A stretch of DNA of 64,000 nt, taken from contig JBQLZK010000004.1 of assembly GCA_052168235.1 (NCBI GenBank), forward strand, positions 32,001 through 96,000. The letters run 5' to 3'. This document shows, in pieces, positions 58,362 through 64,000 of this stretch. The position numbers and the translations under genes are program-made. The notes under the pieces were generated by a model that saw only the letters and a program-made list of their open reading frames with translations, made no database searches and had not been told where the DNA came from. Each line of letters opens with the position of its first letter. The stretch's first letter is position 1. This DNA is from Thainema sp. (GTDB taxonomy: Bacteria; Cyanobacteriota; Cyanobacteriia; Phormidesmidales; Phormidesmidaceae).

Positions 58362-61300
58362 ATGGCTGAATTTACACTGCAACTCCTGCACGCCGCTGAC
58401 CAAGAAGCCGGAGTTTCTGCCATTGAAGATGCTCCCAATTTTTCTGCTGTCCTGAATGCATTGAAAAATGAAGATGCCGATGGCGACGGAGTTGTTGATT
58501 ATGCCAACACGCTGATCCTGTCTTCTGGCGATGCCTACATTCCAGGGCCATTTTTCTCAGCTAGTGAAACCGCCTTCGGCAGAGCTGGTCAGGGCGACAT
58601 CCTGATTCAGAATGAACTCGGCTTTCAAGCGATCGCGCTGGGCAACCACGAGTTTGACTTGGGCACAGGTGTGGTGGCTAGCTTAATTGCACCCGATCCA
58701 GCGACAAGCTATCCCGGCACGGCTTTTCCCTATCTCAGCGCTAACCTTGACTTCAGCAACGATGCGAATCTAGCCGGACTCGTCGCGGCTGACGGTCAAG
58801 AAGCCAGCACCATTCCTAACAGTTTGGCAGCTAGCACCGTCATTACTGTTAATGGCGAACGAATTGGCGTGGTTGGTGCGACGACTCCGACCCTGCCGAC
58901 CATTTCGTCGCCTGGAGATGTGGGCGTATTCCCCACTGCGTTCGATGCGTCGAATCCAGCCGATATTGCGGCACTGGCGGCTGAGATTCAGGCCGATGTC
59001 GATGCTCTGTTAGCAGCGAATCCTGACATTAACAAAGTGGTGCTGCTCTCCCACATGCAGCAAATCAGCATTGAGCAAGCTCTGGCCACCCAGTTACGCA
59101 ACGTCGATATTATCGTTGCGGGTGGTTCCAATACTCGGTTAGTGGACGAAACCGATCGGCTGCGGGCAGGTGATACGGCGCAAGGTACCTATCCCATCAT
59201 CCAAACCGATTTGGACGGCAATCCAGTCGCTGTGGTTAACACGGATGGCAACTACAAGTACGTCGGTCGTTTGGTGATTGACTTCGACACAAACGGCGTC
59301 ATCGTTCCCGAAAGCTATGATCCGACGGTGAGTGGAGCCTACGCTACCGATGATCAGGGGGTTGCAGATGTCGGCGGTACGCCCGATCCGGAAGTTGTCG
59401 CCATTGTCGATGCTCTGGCCGAGGTGATTGCGGCCCAGGAAGGCAATATTTTCGGTAGCACCAACGTGTTCCTCAACGGTACCCGCAACGACGTGCGGAC
59501 TCAGGAAACCAACTTAGGCAACCTGACGGCAGATGCGAACTTGGCCTACGCGCAGCAAACCGATCCGACCGTCGTGATTTCGATTAAAAACGGCGGCGGC
59601 ATCCGGGATGACATTGGTGACGTGATTGTGCCACCGGGAGCGACGAATCCAGAAGACTTTTTGCGCGTCCCTCCTCCTGCCAATGAGCTGGCGGGTAAGG
59701 AAGAGGGCGACATTTCTCAGCTTGATATCACCAACTCGCTGCGGTTTAACAACGGCCTGACGCTGCTGACTGCTACCGCTGAGGAACTGTTGGCTGTCGT
59801 TGAACATGGGGTTGCGGCCAGTGCTGATGGAGCAACTCCGGGCCAGTTTCCTCAAATTGCAGGTATTAACTTCAGCTTTGATGATGACCTACCAGTGGGC
59901 GACCGTATTCAGTCTTTGGCTGTTCTCGATGCCAATGGCGAAGTACTGGACGTTGTCGTGCAGGACGGTGAGTTAGTCGGTGATGCCAACCGCACCTTCC
60001 GGATTGTTACCCTCGGTTTTCTGGCAGATGGTGGTGATGGTTATCCCTTCCCGAATCGCGATCGCATCGATCTCTTCGCTACTGATCCAGCCGCTCAAAC
60101 CTTTACGGGCGATGCTACGTTTGCGCCTGACGGAACGGAACAGGACGCATTAGCTGAGTATCTAGACGACAACTTTAGCGCTCAGCCCTTTGATCGAGCC
60201 GATACCGCTCCAGCAGAAGACACCCGCATTCAAAATCTCGATTTCCGCGAGGATACCGTTCTGGCCGATGTCGATCCTGGAGACGGCGGTTCGGGTAGCG
60301 ATGCTGTGCCTCAACTGACGACCATTGGCACCTACGAAACAGGGATTTTCGACGAAGGTGCAGCAGAAATTGCCGATTACGATCCGGAAACCCAGCGCTT
60401 GTTCGTCGTCAACGGCAGCAGCGGCGGCATTGATATTCTCGATCTGTCTACGCCTGGTAGCCCCGTCAAAGTCGGTGAAATTGATATTTCAGCTTACGGT
60501 GATGCGCCCAATAGCGTCGCCGTCAAGAATGGCGTACTTGCGATCGCAGTTCAAGCCGAAGATGGAGCTGAAGCGGGCCAAGCCGTTTTCTTTGATGCTA
60601 ACGGCAATTTCCTCAGTGCCGTCACAGTCGGTGTGCTGCCCGACATGATCACCTTTACACCGGACGGCACGAAGATACTCACCGCCAACGAAGGCGAACC
60701 TGTTTACGACGATGACGACAACGTAATCGCCGATCCGCAGGGTGGCATCAGCATTATTGACATTTCCGGTGGGGTTGAGAATCTAACTGACGCGAACGTT
60801 ACCACCGTTGACTTCACAGCCTTCGACGGCATGGAAGCTGACCTGCGGGCAGACGGCGTCCGCATCTTCCCCGGTCGTTCCTTCTCGCAAGATGCTGAGC
60901 CAGAGTATATTTCGGTATCCCCAGACGGCAGCAAAGCCTTCGTCACGCTGCAAGAAAATAATGCGATCGCAGTTCTCAATCTTGAAACCAACGAAATTGA
61001 AGAGATTCAGCCCCTCGGTCTAAAAGACTGGAGCAGCGGGCCAAAGCTCGATGCCAGCGATCGCGATGGTGGTATTAATCTGCAAAACTGGCCCGTGTTT
61101 GGCATCTACATGCCAGATGCGATCGCAACTTACGAAGTCGGTGGCGTCACCTACTACATCACGGCCAACGAAGGCGATGATCGCGGTGATGCCGATGCGA
61201 CACCCGGTGGCGATGCTGTCCGGCTCAAGGATTTGGGTGATGTGATTTCCTTTGGTCGCAGTGGCTTGTCGCTAGATGAGAGCTTTGATCCGGCGCTGCT

Positions 61301-62381
61301 GGCAGATGAAGCGCTCGGTCGGTTGGTGATCTCCTCGGTCGATGGCGACCTGGATGGCGATGGCGATATCGACCAAATTCAGTCCTACGGTGCCCGCTCC
61401 TTCACCATCTGGGATGAGAACGGCAACCTCGTGTTCGACAGCGGCGATCAGATTGCCCAAATCACCGCTGCGCTAGTGCCTGAGCTGTTTAATTCAGAAA
61501 ATGGTGATCCGGGCGAGTTCGATGCTCGCTCTGACAATAAGGGGGCTGAACCCGAAGGCGTCACGGTCGGCATCGTCGATGGTCAGGTGTATGCCTTTAT
61601 CGGCCTAGAGCGCACAGGCGGCGTCCTGGTTTACAACGTCACCAATCCCACTAGCCCCGAATTCATTCAGTATGTCCAAACCGAAGGCGACATCGCGCCC
61701 GAAGGACTCAAGTTCATCAACGCAGCAGACAGCCCCACGGGTCGAAATCTGCTGGTTGTCACTAATGAAGTCAGTGGCAGCACGACGCTCTACGATTTCG
61801 GCACGGTGATTTCCGGTTCCGGTAACGGCGACACAGTTGGCGAAGATGCGGATGATGTGATTCAAACTGGCGACGGCAACAATACCGCTGCGGGGGGCTT
61901 GGGTAACGACATCATCCTCGGTGGCGATGGCAACGACATCCTGCGGGGCGACTTGAATAAGCAAAGCGCCCAAGGCAACAAGGGTGACGATGACATCATC
62001 CGGGGTGGTGACGGCAATGACCAAATCGGCGGCAAAGGCGGCAACGACGACCTCTATGGCGATGCGGGCAATGACCAAATCTGGGGCGATGCGGGTGACG
62101 ACCTGATTCAGGGCGGTCTCGGCGTTGACAAAGTGTTCGGTGGCGACGGTGCGGATACCTTCTTCCTGACGGTGGGCGAAGGATTTGACCAAATTCGCGA
62201 CTTCAGCTTTGCGGAGGGTGACATGATTCGCCTACCGCAGATGGTTAGCGTGGACGATATCACCATCATGGGTAAAGGCAACGGGACCGATATCCTGCTG
62301 GGTGAAGACCTGCTGGCTAATCTGCGCGGTGTCAGTGCGGAAACGCTAACAGCAATGGCGGATCAAGTGTTTATTGCCTAA
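58362..62381 (+). CDS. Secreted 5'-nucleotidase / alkaline-phosphatase-like (choice-of-anchor I) fusion with RTX Ca-binding repeats
   Basis: LLHAADQE, ALGNHEFD, ETNLGNLTADA, KNGGGIR; PDM...TANEGEP, RSDNKGAEPEG; GGxGxD nonapeptides; no signal peptide. Confidence 0.9.
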   Translation: MAEFTLQLLHAADQEAGVSAIEDAPNFSAVLNALKNEDADGDGVVDYANTLILSSGDAYIPGPFFSASETAFGRAGQGDILIQNELGFQAIALGNHEFDLGTGVVASLIAPDPATSYPGTAFPYLSANLDFSNDANLAGLVAADGQEASTIPNSLAASTVITVNGERIGVVGATTPTLPTISSPGDVGVFPTAFDASNPADIAALAAEIQADVDALLAANPDINKVVLLSHMQQISIEQALATQLRNVDIIVAGGSNTRLVDETDRLRAGDTAQGTYPIIQTDLDGNPVAVVNTDGNYKYVGRLVIDFDTNGVIVPESYDPTVSGAYATDDQGVADVGGTPDPEVVAIVDALAEVIAAQEGNIFGSTNVFLNGTRNDVRTQETNLGNLTADANLAYAQQTDPTVVISIKNGGGIRDDIGDVIVPPGATNPEDFLRVPPPANELAGKEEGDISQLDITNSLRFNNGLTLLTATAEELLAVVEHGVAASADGATPGQFPQIAGINFSFDDDLPVGDRIQSLAVLDANGEVLDVVVQDGELVGDANRTFRIVTLGFLADGGDGYPFPNRDRIDLFATDPAAQTFTGDATFAPDGTEQDALAEYLDDNFSAQPFDRADTAPAEDTRIQNLDFREDTVLADVDPGDGGSGSDAVPQLTTIGTYETGIFDEGAAEIADYDPETQRLFVVNGSSGGIDILDLSTPGSPVKVGEIDISAYGDAPNSVAVKNGVLAIAVQAEDGAEAGQAVFFDANGNFLSAVTVGVLPDMITFTPDGTKILTANEGEPVYDDDDNVIADPQGGISIIDISGGVENLTDANVTTVDFTAFDGMEADLRADGVRIFPGRSFSQDAEPEYISVSPDGSKAFVTLQENNAIAVLNLETNEIEEIQPLGLKDWSSGPKLDASDRDGGINLQNWPVFGIYMPDAIATYEVGGVTYYITANEGDDRGDADATPGGDAVRLKDLGDVISFGRSGLSLDESFDPALLADEALGRLVISSVDGDLDGDGDIDQIQSYGARSFTIWDENGNLVFDSGDQIAQITAALVPELFNSENGDPGEFDARSDNKGAEPEGVTVGIVDGQVYAFIGLERTGGVLVYNVTNPTSPEFIQYVQTEGDIAPEGLKFINAADSPTGRNLLVVTNEVSGSTTLYDFGTVISGSGNGDTVGEDADDVIQTGDGNNTAAGGLGNDIILGGDGNDILRGDLNKQSAQGNKGDDDIIRGGDGNDQIGGKGGNDDLYGDAGNDQIWGDAGDDLIQGGLGVDKVFGGDGADTFFLTVGEGFDQIRDFSFAEGDMIRLPQMVSVDDITIMGKGNGTDILLGEDLLANLRGVSAETLTAMADQVFIA

Positions 62382-62390
62382 TTTCAATCC

Positions 62391-62424
62391 ACAAAGAGCC
62401 GAGATACCTCGGCTCTTTGTTTTT
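62391..62424 (+). terminator. Intrinsic terminator-like hairpin
   Basis: ACAAAGAGCCGAG-ATAC-CTCGGCTCTTTGT-TTTT. Confidence 0.8.
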
Positions 62425-62524
62425 ACCAAATTCAAGATCAAGACACTTACAAGTCTTCAGCTTGTGAGCCTGTTTGTGCTGTGTTTGTACTGAAAAATTT
62501 ACGACCTGGAGCAATCGAGGAAAC

Positions 62525-64000
62525 ATGAGCGATTTGATGATCACTGGGATTATTGATGGGCCTTTAACGGGCGGAATTCCTAAAGCGATTGAGTTCTATG
62601 TCCTCAACGACATCCCCGACCTGAGCATTTACGGTTTTGGCTCGGCTAATAACGGTGGCGGCAGCGATGGTCAGGAATATACCTTTTCTGGCTCTGCCGC
62701 TGCTGGAGAATATATTTACATTGCGACTGAAACAACCGGATTCACCAACTTCTTCGGTTTTGCGCCAACTGACACCAGTTTCGCCGCGTCAATCAACGGC
62801 GACGATGCGATCGAACTGTTCATGAATGGCATCGTCGTTGATGTTTTTGGTGATATTAACCTGAGCGGAACTGGACAGCCTTGGGACTACATGGACGGTT
62901 GGGCTTACCGAGTTCCTGAGTCTTTACCAGATAGAACGTTCAGCTCAGCAGATTGGACGTTTAGCAGCCCCAATGCGCTCGATGGTTCAACTACAAACGA
63001 CGATGCAGCTACGCCGTTTCCACTGGGTTCGTATACGGCTGATGGCAGCTCTAGCCTGGTGATTAACGAGATGGTCGTCTCGACGGCTGGTACCGATCGC
63101 GAGTTTGTTGAACTGCTCGGCTTACCCTCTGCATCGCTGGATGGCGTGTTCTTGCTTGAGGTTGAGTCGGGTGGCGAAATTGATACCGTGCTTGATTTTT
63201 CAGGCCAGTCGCTGGGCACAAACGGCTATTTTCTGGCCACTAGTCCAGAAGCAGAAGCCGTACTCGGTGTAACGGGTGACATATCCATTGCCAATAACAC
63301 CTTTACCAATGCGTCGCAGACCTACCTGCTGGTGCGAAACTTTACAGGCGCGAGCGGGGACGACCTTGATTTAGACGATGACGGCACAATTGACGTTTTG
63401 CCCTGGGATGAACTGCTCGATGATGTGGCGTTTATCGATGATGACAATCCCATCATCTACAGCTCAAACGTTGTTGGCCCCGATGGATCATTTCTAGCGC
63501 CGGGTGGTTTCCGCGATCCAGACGGCACGGGCGCTTTTGTTCAGCACAGTTTTTCTGATCCCTCTACCTACACGCCCACTGCCGGAGACAGCGACGGCGG
63601 CAATGGAGGTGGTGACGGCGATTTGGTTGCTATCTATGAGATTCAAGGTGCCGCGCATACCTCACCCCTGGAGGGTCAAACCGTCATCACAACGGGTATT
63701 GTCACAGCAATGGATTCCAACGGATTCTACCTGCAAGACCCAACTGGAGACGGGAATATTGCCACGTCCGATGCCATTTTTGTGTTTACAGGCGGCAGTC
63801 CGGGCGTAAGCATTGGCGATGAGCTTCAGGTGGAAGGAACGGTCTCGGAGTTTACGCCTGGTGGCGTTTCAACCCGTAACCTGTCCACGACGCAAATCAG
63901 CGGTAGTCCGACGATCACAACGCTGAGTACGGGCAACGCATTACCAGAGGCTGTGATCATTGGTGCCAATGGACGCATTCCGCCTTCGGAAAGTATCGAC
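62525..64000 (+). CDS. Large extracellular nuclease (ExeM/NucH-like), truncated by the window end; missing from the ORF track
   Basis: ATG 62525 after GAGG; MSDLMITGIIDGPLTGGIPKAIEFY..., later IYEIQGAAHTSPLEGQTV...GFYLQDPTGDG...SDAIFVF (OB-fold typical of this family); catalytic domain not in view. Confidence 0.8.
   Translation, partial: MSDLMITGIIDGPLTGGIPKAIEFYVLNDIPDLSIYGFGSANNGGGSDGQEYTFSGSAAAGEYIYIATETTGFTNFFGFAPTDTSFAASINGDDAIELFMNGIVVDVFGDINLSGTGQPWDYMDGWAYRVPESLPDRTFSSADWTFSSPNALDGSTTNDDAATPFPLGSYTADGSSSLVINEMVVSTAGTDREFVELLGLPSASLDGVFLLEVESGGEIDTVLDFSGQSLGTNGYFLATSPEAEAVLGVTGDISIANNTFTNASQTYLLVRNFTGASGDDLDLDDDGTIDVLPWDELLDDVAFIDDDNPIIYSSNVVGPDGSFLAPGGFRDPDGTGAFVQHSFSDPSTYTPTAGDSDGGNGGGDGDLVAIYEIQGAAHTSPLEGQTVITTGIVTAMDSNGFYLQDPTGDGNIATSDAIFVFTGGSPGVSIGDELQVEGTVSEFTPGGVSTRNLSTTQISGSPTITTLSTGNALPEAVIIGANGRIPPSESID

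Overview
Chromosomal window from a cyanobacterium, probably a filamentous Leptolyngbya-like one. Evidence: dozens of HIP1 GCGATCGC octamers and nblA, psb28, CRR6, ycf55-like and RpaB-like genes. About 57 CDSs are present. Most are housekeeping or stress genes (dps, lepB, tpiA, fur-family, sodB, ppk1, htpG, tex, rimK, tsaB). The rest include three Uma2 nucleases, signalling proteins and a secreted phosphate-scavenging pair at the right end. I see no rRNA, tRNA, CRISPR array, transposase or integrase. The most striking signals are non-coding. (1) At 1623-3574 there is an apparently complete integron-type cassette (Rieske oxygenase plus divergent TetR) with a textbook attC site, sitting in an attI-like site with no intI in the window. 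It lies between Uma2 genes, HIP1-bounded repeats and gene scraps. (2) The intergenic spaces hold several families of ~90-100 bp elements with perfect 18-31 bp palindromic arms. One family has a hypervariable but always mirrored 8-nt segment, and one element is nested inside another with a target-site duplication. A sensor-less HTH-NB-ARC protein coupled to a Ser/Thr kinase and a GH19 protein with an unrecognised repeat domain also merit follow-up. All family calls come from motif recognition by eye, not database searches.
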